Shown: in pieces, positions 11,066-22,047 of the stretch
Numbering within the stretch: the stretch's first letter is position 1
Layout of the letters: each line of letters begins with the position of its first letter
From: Eremomyces bilateralis CBS 781.70
Lineage: Eukaryota
Assembly (NCBI GenBank): GCA_010015585.1
Contig: ML975175.1
DNA length: 35,875 bases
Direction: 5' to 3' (one strand)
The notes under the pieces: generated by a model
What the model was told of the DNA's origin: nothing
Databases searched by the model: none
Seen by the model: only the letters and a program-made list of their open reading frames with translations
Position numbers and translations under genes: made by a program

Positions 11066-12988
11066 ATGATCCGAACGTCTTCGCGCGCACTTGCCCGTCG
11101 AGTATGCTCGTGCGGCCGACCATCCAGCAACCTCATTCCACGGGCATTGACCATCACCGCCGCAAGAATGTCTTCCACGCTGCCTAAAGTCGATCCTCCT
11201 GTCTCCACCGCTCACCACACCGATTCTTTCCAACTCCTCTCCGAATCCGCGAAAGCTGGTGCCGCAGAAGACGCACTTTTCGAAAGCCAGGTCCGTGACG
11301 TCGAGGCATGGTGGGCATCGCCTCGTTATGCTGGCATCAAGCGCCCTTATTCCGCTGCAGATGTGGTCGCCCGGCGCGGAGCCCTCCAGCAGTCGTATCC
11401 CAGCTCTCTCATGGCTCGCAAGCTGTTCAATCTGTTTGAGGAACGAGCCGCAGCAGGCCAGCCGGTGCATACGATGGGCGCAATTGACCCCGTGCAGATG
11501 ACACAGCAAGCCCCCAACCAGGAGGTGCTGTACATCAGCGGTTGGGCATGCTCGTCCGTGTTGACATCGACCAACGAAGTGTCCGCCGACTTTGGAGACT
11601 ATCCCTACAACACCGTCCCGAACCAGGTGCAGCGCTTGTTCAAAGCACAGCAGTTGCATGACCGGAAGCAGTGGGATTTGAGAAGGAAGATGAGCAAGGA
11701 GGAGCGAGAGACGGCGCAGTATACGGACTACCTACGGCCGATCATCGCAGACGGCGATACTGGCCATGGAGGTTTGTCTGCCGTCCTCAAACTTGCCAAA
11801 CTCTTTGCCGAAAACGGCGCCGCTGCCGTACATTTTGAGGATCAGCTTCACGGCGGGAAGAAGTGCGGGCATCTGGCTGGAAAGGTGCTGGTCCCCATGA
11901 GCGACCACATCAATCGTCTCGTTGCGGCGAGGTATCAATGGGACCTTATGGGTTGCGAGAATCTCGTCATTGGCCGGACGGACTCGGAGAGCGGCAAGCT
12001 TCTCAGCAGCGCCATCGACGTGCGAGACCACGAGTTCATTAAGGGTGTCACGGAGGATTGTGAGCCTCTGGCGGATCTGCTGCAGCGAATGGAGATGGAG
12101 GGTGCGGCGGGTAGCGAGATCGATGCCACCGAGGCGGCGTGGGTGAAGCAGCACACATTGGTGACATTCGATGAAGGTGAGTTGCTTTTGGCTTAACTAG
12201 AATTATGTACCCTGAGGGCCATGATTTGCTAATAGCTACCTTCCAGCCGTCGAGCAACACCTCCGCTCCGAGTCCGCCCCTCAATCCACCATCGATGAAT
12301 ACCTTTCAGCCGTCCGCGCCGACCGGAACCTGCCCCTTAACCGCCGCCGACAACTCGCCGCTAAATATACCAAAACCCCGGTCTTCTTCTCGTGGGACAT
12401 TCCCCGCACCCGGGAAGGGCACTACCATTACCAGGCCGGCATGGTCGCAGCGACCAAGCGAGCCATCGAATACGCCCCCTATGCCGATCTGCTGTGGGTG
12501 GAAACCGGAGATCCGAGTGTCGAAAAAGCGGCCGTCTTCTCGGGAGAAATTCGCAAGCAGCACCCGGAGAAGAAATTGGTGTACAACTTGAGCCCCAGCT
12601 TCAACTGGATGGCTCACGGGTTCACCGAGGAGACCCTGAAGAGCTTCGTCTGGGATTTGGCGAAACAAGGATTCGTACTTCAGCTGATCTCACTGGCCGG
12701 TATCCACTCCACTGCGACCATCACCAATGAGCTCTCGAGTGGGTTCAAGAAGGACGGCATGCTCGCATACGTCAACTTGGTGCAACGCAGGGAGAAGGAG
12801 CTTGGATGCGACGTCTTGACGCATCAGAAATGGAGTGGCGCATCGTTGGTCGATGGTATGATCGGTGCCATTCAGAGTGGAAGCAGCACCAGCAAGAGTA
12901 TGGGTGAGGGCAACACTGAAACTAGTAAGTAACCGCATGTGCAAGTTGATGCCTGTGCTTGTACTGACCATCCTTCGCAGGCTTCTAA
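11066..12988 (+). CDS. mclA: Methylisocitrate lyase (mitochondrial, ICL2-like); exons 11066-12176, 12247-12924, 12981-12988
   Basis: [11 protein letters not shown] and YISGWACSS signatures (canonical fungal ICL has KKCGHMAGK / GWQSSS); Arg/Ser-rich presequence; ends GNTETSF. Confidence 0.9.
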
Positions 12989-13161
12989 GCATCCAATATG
13001 GAGTTCGTTCAGGCATCAAGGGCATGATGTCCTAAACTAGGTTTATCCTGGTCCTTGTTGTGAATCTCCGAGCTATCCACCATGACTACCCTGATGCAAG
13101 GCAGCCTTGTTGGATAGATGGAAACATTTTTGTAGAATTTAGCGGAAATCAAATGTTAAGA

Positions 13162-13659
13162 TTACGTCGTGCGATTCCGATCCATTCGTAGCTCACTCCC
13201 CCTAACCTTGGCTTTGTCTCCGGTCGACTCCACCGGTTCCATCTTGGCGCTCTCTCTCGCACCCTTCTTGCCCTGCCTCTTACTTCCAACTGGAAACCGC
13301 TTTACGGCTTCACACATGGCACATTGTATCACCAGCACGTCCGCCCAAGGCTTAACGCCACTACGGCTCTCATTCTCCATGTGAACCGAAGCGGATCCAT
13401 CCTGGAGCAGGGTGTTGCAGCGGTTGCAGAGTGAGCGCTTGATCGGTTGTGCAAGGCGAAGCTGGGATTTGAGCGAGACGGCGCGGAGTTGGGAAGCAAG
13501 GTGGCGTGGGAGGGCTGGGCTTGATACAGAAGGTTGTGAGGACTGGGAGGGTTGGTGGGTGCTGAGGTAGGTGGCTGCTTTGTAGAGGTAGGCTAGCCGG
13601 GCTTGTAGATGAGGGTTTTGGTTCCCTTTGGGAGGCTTGGTAGAGCTTTTCGTCCGCAT
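13162..13659 (-). CDS. RPR2: RNase P subunit Rpr2/Rpp21 family
   Basis: HLQARLAYLYKAA, LRAVSLKSQLRL, IKRSLCNRC...KPWADVLVIQCAMC..VKRFP zinc-binding pattern; likely start MRTKSS at 13659. Confidence 0.88.
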   Translation of the reverse strand: MRTKSSTKPPKGNQNPHLQARLAYLYKAATYLSTHQPSQSSQPSVSSPALPRHLASQLRAVSLKSQLRLAQPIKRSLCNRCNTLLQDGSASVHMENESRSGVKPWADVLVIQCAMCEAVKRFPVGSKRQGKKGARESAKMEPVESTGDKAKVRGSELRMDRNRTT

Positions 13660-13777
13660 GGTGGCTATCCCTCCAGTTGATAGCTTAAGAGAGTGAGCGG
13701 GGGGCGCCGTGGCTGATGTGTTTAACTTTGAAGTCAAGATCCTCGAGATGAGAGTCGGAGTGGAGGGGGGAGGTTGG

Positions 13778-13925
13778 CCAATCAGAGCCCTTTGATTCAC
13801 ATCACGTGAACAACGACCAGGCATCAGGTCGGGGCATCCAGGCATCCAACCAGGCACCAAACCAGGCATCAAACCAGGCATCAAACCAGGCAGCAGTGCC
13901 AATCACGTGATAGTTATCACACGTG
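13778..13925. promoter_or_regulatory. Divergent RPR2/SUB2 promoter with CCAAT boxes, three CACGTG E-boxes and a 12-bp tandem repeat
   Basis: CCAAT 13778 and 13899; TCACGTGA 13802-13809 and 13903-13910; CACGTG 13920-13925; CCAGGCA-containing 12-mers at 13838, 13850, 13862, 13874, 13886. Confidence 0.55.
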
Positions 13926-14311
13926 ATGAGGCTCAGCTAGTTGCGGCGGCGATTTCTCATTCCCCCAGCAGCGAAACCATCGCAAACTGAAGCCTCATCA
14001 CTTCGTATCGGTTTTACTTCAGAGCCAACATCCTTCACTCCTCACTCACCCTCTCAGCCTTGCGCTTCTCTCCAAGCTTTCTCTCAACTCTTTTCAACTT
14101 CTGACATTGCCATCAACTCTGAAATCGGACATTTACCTACGTCCTACCACCTGCTCTTCAGGTCGTGACCTTCAAGCTTTCTGCTTGCACCCCTCCCACT
14201 GACATCTTCATTCTCTCCAAACCCCATCTATTCGTCGGCACCCTTCACTCCGATCATCTCGATCATCCTAGCGTCCTTTGAGTACCGCGTTTATCGCTCT
14301 CTATCCTCGAA

Positions 14312-16316
14312 ATGGCTCCCGAACACGAAGAAGATCTCATCGATTACTCCGACGACGAGATCGCCAACGAAGCCGCCCCCGCGCGCACTGCAGGAGCCGC
14401 CAACGGCGCCGCTGCCGAAAAGAAAGGCGATCTCACCGTCACCGGAGCTGGAGCAGACAAGAAGGGCAGTTATGTCGGAATCCACTCCACCGGTTTCCGC
14501 GACTTTTTGTTGAAGCCGGAGCTCCTTCGAGCCATCACCGACTGCGGATTCGAGCATCCATCCGAGGGTTAGTCATGAAATCAATCATTTTCCTCCCCAC
14601 AACATCAAGAAGCAAGATCCGCATCGAGGATGTCACGAACACTCCAAGATTCGTGCCGCGTCCGTCCATCTCAATAGCAAGCAAGGATTAGAAGGTGCAT
14701 ATCAATGTCGTCCACGAGTTGGGAACTCAGCCGTCATGGGTGGCAAATGGTGGTTTTGCGAGCGGAGCCTCAGAGGCCGGTATTAGCTGCTGCTAGTTCG
14801 GTTTGGATGATGGCTGCCTGATATGAATTCTGGTCGTGTCTCAGACAGCGTGGCTGGGTTCTTCCCGCCGGCAACTGGCAAGATGACCTTGCTCTACTGA
14901 GCTGCAAGGATCCAAGGCGGGTTGCGGTCGCGATATGGCGCCGCACTTCACCTTGTGCGTTCAAGCGCACCGCACACGCTACAAGATTTTCAACGATATG
15001 GACGCTTGAGATGAATGGACGCGGCTTCGACTCACTTTGCATCGCTTTCTTCGAACGACCGTTTCTAACTTCTCGGTTGCGCATTACAGTCCAGCAAGTT
15101 TGCATTCCGCAAGCGATCCTTGGGACCGATGTCCTTTGCCAGGCGAAATCCGGTCTCGGTAAGACCGCCGTCTTCGTTCTAGCCACCCTCCAACAGATCG
15201 AACCGGTCGATGGCGAATGCTCTGTCCTCGTCATGTGCCACACTCGCGAGCTTGCATACCAAATCAAGAACGAGTATGCCCGCTTTTCCAAGTACATGCC
15301 AACTGTCAAAACCCATGTCTTCTACGGAGGCACCCCCATGCAGAAGGATGTGGAGATTCTCAAGAACAAGGAGACCCATCCTCACATCATTGTCGGAACT
15401 CCTGGCCGTCTGAACGCTTTGGTTCGGGACAAGCATCTCCAGCTCCGTAGTGTTCAACGCTTTGTCCTTGACGAGTGCGACAAGATGCTCGATCAAATCG
15501 GTATGTGTCACCGCACTTTATCCAAGACTCCGTTCTCACCAAATGTACAGACATGCGCCGCGACGTCCAGGAAATCTTCCGCGCCACGCCGACACAGAAG
15601 CAGGTGATGATGTTCTCCGCCACCTTGTCTCAAGAGACTCGCCCGATCTGCAAGAAGTTCATGCAGAACCCTCTCGAGATCTATGTGGATGACGAGACCA
15701 AGCTTACCCTACACGGTCTCCAGCAATACTACATCCAATTGTCGGAGCAGGAGAAGAACCGAAAGCTGAACGATCTCCTTGATACCCTAGAGTTCAACCA
15801 AGTCATCATCTTCGTCAAGAGCACTGGTCGTGCAACTGCACTCGACAATCTGCTCCGGGACTGCAATTTCCCCAGCATTGCGGTCCATTCCGGCGTCAGC
15901 CAAGAGGAGCGGTACGTCTTAAGCAAAATCCAACCATCGAACTGAGCTAATACAACCCTAGTATCAAGCGCTACAAGGAATTCAAAGAGTTCAACAAGCG
16001 CATTTGCGTCGCCACCGACGTCTTCGGCCGTGGCATCGACATCGAGCGCATCAACCTGGCAATCAACTACGATCTTCCTTCCGATGCCGATTCCTACCTT
16101 CACCGCGTCGGACGTGCTGGTCGTTTCGGGACCAAGGGGCTCAGTATCTCCTTTGTCAGCAGCGAACAGGATCAAGAGGTGCTTAAATCGATCGAGAAGC
16201 GGTTCGAAGTTGCCCTTCCGTAAGCATACCGATTCTGTGTCTGAGAGTTGAACTAACCTGCTCCCAGGGAGTTCCCCGCCGAGGGCATTGACGCCAGCAC
16301 CTACATGGCAAACTAA
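14312..16316 (+). CDS. SUB2: DECD-box RNA helicase UAP56/Sub2; exons 14312-14567, 15090-15500, 15551-15911, 15962-16219, 16268-16316
   Basis: [82 protein letters not shown]; all junctions GT-AG and in frame. Confidence 0.97.
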
Positions 16317-16655
16317 GCGTCAAGTCGGGGTGATGGATACAAGTGTTATACCGTTGCAGTGGACACCTTTCTCAACGGAAGCGATGGTCAAGGATGGAGT
16401 CTTGCAGGGGATAATTTGATTTGTGTAACGGAGAATTCGCTCAAAAGAACGGGTCTACTTCAGTCATTCGGGTTCATACGGTTTCTCTAATCAACACTAG
16501 CTGAGGCGCAATCACTCAGAACGTCAGTAGATTACGAAACAATGTCAGGTCTTTGCTCTCTATCGTTGACTCCTGTGGCCCAAACTCTCCAACTCTCCAC
16601 TCCTGGGCGTTTGTCCCTCCGACCTCGAGAGCGGATGGTGCACAGAACCTCAATG

Positions 16656-18638
16656 CTAGAAAAAGTAGAATATATCGTCCGTAAACCTTTCTAGGGTCAG
16701 TCCGGATGATATTCTGGAAGATTTTGCCTTCTTCATCTCACTGTCTATTAAGCTTTGGAATCCCTTCTCTTCAATCAATTCCTCCCTGATTTCTTTCGCT
16801 CGCTCTATACTAATCGGGAAATCTTCCACATCGTTCACAATTCGATCCATTAGCTCTCCAGGCAATTGGCCTATGCCTCCATTCTTCACCACCTCCTGCG
16901 CCCACCAGTTCTGCCACTGTGGTGGAACGTTCGCAGTGGATATCACTCTTTTGATGTACGGATCCACAAGAAAAAGGGCCAAGACCTTCTGGTGACCAGG
17001 TTTTGACCGGTCGGTGAGGCTGAAGGGCGACACTCGATGCTGGAATATGTTGGGGAAGGCAAGGAATCGAGATTGGCGAGTGAGGATTTGCCCGATCGGT
17101 TGAACGGCTGGCCCACCTTGGTCGATGCCGAAGATAGTTTCAGGCCTTCAAAATCCGCTCGGCCGTCCTCCTTCATCATCATGTCCTCGGTTTTCGTATT
17201 CTGCCGGAACCCAAGATACGAGTCGGTTATGTTCTCGCAATCATAGTAATACAATGCGGTGGCGCAGATATGCTCGTTAACAAACCCTTCGACATGCCAG
17301 GATCCGCCGTGGTAATCTAGTTTATCAGAAGTGAGGTGGATGTTGGCAAGTTTTACGATAACCAGTATACCCTTCGGGGATTGCGCTCGAAGCTCAACTG
17401 GGGCTAGTAATGGATGGTTCGCAAAGTGCTTCAGATCCTCTTCATAGTCCTCTGGATCGGGCTGGACGAGAACTCGGTTATCGCGCTTCTACCGCTGTTT
17501 AAACTCCCTATATTCATTGACATTATCTTCATCCTCCCAGCCAGATTCATCATCTTCATCGTCCGGACTAGGTTCATCATCATGGTACGAGCTATTCATC
17601 ATCCTCATGGTCCGAGCTTGCTGCATCATCATCGTCGTCCGAGCTAGTTTCATTATCTTCATGGGCGAACTAGGTTCACCATCTTTACGTTCGCGGTCCT
17701 TAAACCTGCCGTTGGGCCAGCCGTATTCTGTGACGCTGGTGTGGATGCGCAGCTGCTGCTGTTCTTCGAGATCGGTTACGGAGGAGAGCGTCTCGTTCCA
17801 TAACGGAATGGCCCGTGCAATGATCTCTTCGAGGAGAGGATAGATTCGAGCGTGCGTGACCGGATGGAGATTGTTAACGTAGCTTTCGATCTTTACTCAG
17901 CCATCATCTTGAACGACACATCGCTGGGCAACCATTAAAACTTCATTGAGATCAACTCCTCATATTTCCCAGAGTGCCCCTTTGGGATAGAGGCAACTAA
18001 CCCTTGCCCGCACATACCTATGCAGTCTTGTGTGCCAACTTTCACGTCCACCGTTGGGAAGATACGAGAGACGCCGTAAATCGAGGAAACAACGAAGGGT
18101 GCACCAAATCCAGGACCTTGTCATTGGATCCTGGATGCCAGTCCTTTTGGTGTTTCGGAACATCCTCCAACAGTTTGACGGCTTCAATCAGCCTTTGGCG
18201 TAGCTCTTCAGACACGAGAATATCGGACTTCACCACCGCCGCGCCGATATCTAGAACTCCGACGACTCCCGTGCCTTCATGTTGCTTCGCCTTGTCCCTA
18301 AGCTCTGCAATTCAATAATTAAACATTCGGTCTGAGAAGTCCCGGACCTGAAGCGTTGGGTCCACAATCTTGCCCCGTCATTTGGCTACGATCTCTTCAT
18401 CAAATACCTTGCGGCGCCATTCCGGCTTGTCGGTGAGTGACTCCATCACGCCCAACTTGGCTTGCTCCCGGACTGTTACCGCCAAGCCCCAGTATTCCGT
18501 AGGAAGGGTAACGATTGAGAAACTGGAGCGCTTTCTCTCACCATCTTTGACCGGAAAGCGTGGGAATCTATTAGTCATCCGAATGCCGAAGCCTAGATAC
18601 TCACCGACCCGAGACGTCGTCCTGGTTGAGGGATCCAT
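16656..18638 (-). pseudogene. DUF4246-family gene with several in-frame stops and frameshifts
   Basis: Motifs TDKPEWRRKVFDEEIVAK, DWHPGSNDKVLDLVHPSLFP, GGSWHVEG..NEHICATALYYYD, GHQKVLALFLVDP; stops at 18378-80, 18312-14, 17935-37, 17489-91 and frameshifts (e.g. right after PSLFP). Confidence 0.85.
17548..17700. repeat. Degenerate ~27-nt minisatellite (about 6 units) encoding an acidic S-S-D-H-E-D-D-E-like tract inside the pseudogene
   Basis: Units such as CATCATCTTCATCGTCCGGACTAGGTT, CATCATCCTCATGGTCCGAGCTTGCTG, CATCATCATCGTCGTCCGAGCTAGTTT. Confidence 0.65.
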
Positions 18639-18855
18639 TTTTGAGTGGCGATGGGAATTTGAACAATCTCAGCTTAGCGATAGCCATACTTGAACGAGAA
18701 CACAGAAAATTTGAGGAGACTCAGAACAAAACAGACGAAAGGTTTCTAGGACCGAACTTACTCTTCCCTCACCGTCCTACGCTTACTTTATAAATGTTTT
18801 TCTCTTGGAGTCTTGGTTGTTGTTACTATTACAGGGAACCGATGGCACTTAGTTC

Positions 18856-19346
18856 TAGGGCTGGACACGAATAAGGATTTTGGCTATTCGTATTCGACTT
18901 TTCCTCTTGAACGATTATTCGTATTCGACTAAGTTTTGAGACGTTTTATTCGTATTATTCGCGAATATTCGTAAATAATGCCAAGACTTATTCGGCAAAA
19001 GCCGAGCCAATGAATGAATGCCCAACAGTCGCGACTTTTGTTTACCCGAACACGATCTGGAGGATTTGAGCTCTAAGAGATACAAAGCATATCAATAGCG
19101 TCGAATTGATCACTCCTGACGATTCAGCAAGCCAAGTGACCCCAGCTTAAAGCTCTCTGTCGACCATCTCTCCGATGCGAGATACATGGAAATAGCTTCA
19201 GAGATAGACGAATAATTACGAATAATTACGAATAATGCGAATATTATTCGTACGAATATTAGTAAGCGGAAATTCTAAATTTTATTCGTATTCGACTACG
19301 AATATTCGTACGAATACGAATAGTCGAATATTCGTGTCCAGCCCTA
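18856..19346. mobile_element. Non-autonomous hAT element (MITE), 491 bp
   Basis: 18-bp TIR TAGGGCTGGACACGAATA at both ends; exact 8-bp TSD CTTAGTTC (18848-18855, 19347-19354); many subterminal TATTCG/CGAATA repeats; near-identical copy at 35699. Confidence 0.93.
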
Positions 19347-19455
19347 CTTAGTTCCTCCGCAAAAGTCTCCGTTACACTGATAGTATTTCTTTTCACGGAG
19401 AGTTTGGTGTAACTAGGACTGTAGATAAGTTGGCCAGACACGAGATAGCGCGACG

Positions 19456-19493
19456 CCACCACCACCACCACCACCACCACCACAACAACAACA
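19456..19493. repeat. (CAC)n-(AAC)n compound microsatellite
   Basis: ccaccaccaccaccaccaccaccaccacaacaacaaca seen directly. Confidence 0.9.
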
Positions 19494-19669
19494 GAAAGAC
19501 ATGTACCCCTGAATTCTCCTGCTCAGCTCGTAGGCACTGACCCTCTCGAATGCAGTTCCTTCTCAACTCTCTCTGGATGAGATGCGGTCAACAATTATAT
19601 TAACCTAGAATGTAAATGATACTGGGTTATCATCTGTATCCGTACACCATTGGATCACACGAAGGCAGA

Positions 19670-21674
19670 ATGTCTCAAAACACTATAGCCGACATCATCA
19701 CGTACGTTGGTGTAAGTTGAACATCCCAATGTAATAATCAATCCTGAATGTGATTGATCAATGAATGACTAATCTGAATGGATGTGAAAAGGTTCCCCTT
19801 GCGGTACTCGGGGTTCTTCCGACCCTCTACACATGCATTAAATCCCTCCTTAGTCTGCGGAAGATCCGAAAACAATTGGATCGCAATGGCGTGTCTGCCA
19901 TTACGAGGAGTAGCCTGCTCTCGGGCATCGTGGAAGTGGAGATTCAACGGCATAGTATTACCCCGTTGGAGAGGGCTGACCCTCAATACTTTGACCCCAA
20001 CCAGCACCCTTCGTCTTTGGATGGAGGTTCATGGACGTTATTCAATTGGAGGTTAGGTCTGCATTATCAATAGTTCTGTCTCATCTGACAAATTCATACC
20101 CCCAGGACGATGCCAATTGGCATGAAGCAATACAGATTCCAGTATCACGATGAACTCAAGTAAGATCACTCAGGCTTCTTGCGAATAGCGGACTTACAAG
20201 ACCATGCAGACAACCACAGGCAGAAGTGCAATTCGAAGCACTTATTGCCTTCCTGCTCGACCATGGAGCTGTCCCCAGCGTTGCAGGATTCAACGATTTG
20301 AGGTCATCCGGCCTGTGGACGCCAGTCGGGACATCACTGCTCTCAGCGCCTCATTCGACAGACCCCGTGCTGCAAGTAGCAAAATCAGACGACTCAGACG
20401 GGATCTTGTCACTTTCGCTCAGGTGGAATCCTCGATGGAACAGCAGAGACGCTGACTCTATCCCGCCTTATTGGATTCGTATTAAATCTCCCGCAGCACC
20501 TTCAAAAATAGCGATGAACACCAAAGACGACCAAAAGCAGGCTGATGTGACTGCTCACGAAATTGGTATAGAAGTGCTGCCAGATGATGATGTGAACTAT
20601 CCCACCCTGCCAAGTTTCATAGGGAGGAATGACACAACTGCGACAGATAAAACTATCACCGAAATCGAGCCTTGTCCTCCGCCTAATATCAAGCAGTTAT
20701 CGAGCTCAAGTACCACCACAACTCGTTCATCTCGCCAGAACGCCTATAGGCTTCGTGTTGGACCTGGAGGGGTTCAAGCTGCCTATCGCGAATCCGACCC
20801 CGACACCCCTCTTCGCCTTCACCGTTTTCATGAAACCCATCGCAACAGTGCCATTGCCCCGAACATTTCCGATGGTGCCAATCTCTGGTTCTGCTGCGCC
20901 ATCACAGCTCTCGCGGCACCTCGCGGAGGCTTGTGGTCCTTTGTCATCCCTGCAGACATCCTCGCGCTCTCTCACCGTGAATCCGTCCCATGCGGTGTCA
21001 TGGTACTACTAGACATCCTATCCGAAGACTCGGTTCCCAAATGGCGCTCCGTGACCGCTGCAGAGGAGGCGGAAGCGGAACGGGACGAGCGGCACCGCGA
21101 GTTGGTGGAACAAGGGAGACGGCAGCTGGAGATTTCCAAATTGCCATTTGCGCAGCAGCAGGCAGAGCGACTGAAGGAGATGGAGAAGCAATCCTGGAGG
21201 TTTCATGAAAAATCGAGAGATAAAAATTCCAGACAAATGAAGAGGAAAGTGAAGGAGGTGGAAGAGGCCGTGGGAAGTTGGCGGGTAGGGGTTGGCGTTG
21301 TGGTGGAAGGCTGCAGGAAATGGTTGGTGAAAAGCATGAATTTGGAAGACGAGACTTCAGTGGCCGAGGTGGTAGAAACGTGGTTACTGGACATGGTGGA
21401 GAGTGAAGGGTCGGATGATGCTGAAACCAACGACAACGGGATGAAGGTCAGGCCAGACAAAGTAGCAGAAATGTTGGAAGAATGGAAGGGGTGGGCCGAG
21501 GGGGGAGGCATGTTGATACCTCATTATGAGAAGGCGAAGGAAGAACAATGGGCTTTCTGCGTGTCTGCATGTGTGCTATTCCTGATCAAGGAGATGGCTG
21601 GTATGACAGAGGGCAACGTGGTGTCAGACCTGCAAGAATGCTTGCGCTTATGGAAAAAAGTGCGGTTAGGATAA
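19670..21674 (+). CDS. Fungal protein of unknown function with N-terminal hydrophobic helix; 4 exons
   Basis: MSQNTIADIITYVG/VPLAVLGVLPTLYTCIKSL; three GT-AG introns (first 19712-19791) join in frame to the long last exon ending LQECLRLWKKVRLG. Confidence 0.85.
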
Positions 21675-22047
21675 TGGCTTAGTGTTGCCATGTTTGGAGG
21701 CCAGGACTGTTTACAGTGTCCATAGCAATTTGAATCATATTGTACAGAACGGCTGGCGAAAAGTAGACTGAAAAGTACTCTCTGATCGCAGCACGTATGT
21801 TTACCGCGTACCACTGTAGTGGTGAGGAAACTGTTGATTGATCCTTGTAGCTGGACTCAAGCCCATCGAATCGCCCCCCCGAATTTGGCTTTTTGAAATG
21901 GCACGGCCGGCCATGGGTCTCTGGTGGTGCTTGTGCCGATATCGCTGCAATACTGTGAGAGCAGCTAACATGGCGCTGTATCATAAAATGGGACACATGC
22001 CCAAATATCAAAAGCCAGAGAAACCCCACCTAGCATATGCAAGGGTA

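Noticed and set aside
12925..12988. Cryptic peroxisomal signal by alternative splicing of the last mclA intron
   Set aside because: Spliced end is TSF and retained end is TSK; neither is a PTS1.
4695..12988. Run of four mitochondrial-protein genes as a functional cluster
   Set aside because: Only mcsA/mclA share a pathway; TIM13 and NUC1 proximity is plausibly chance.
19200..19346. Regular CGAATA repeats as a CRISPR-like array
   Set aside because: Eukaryotic context, no unique spacers; these are hAT subterminal repeats.
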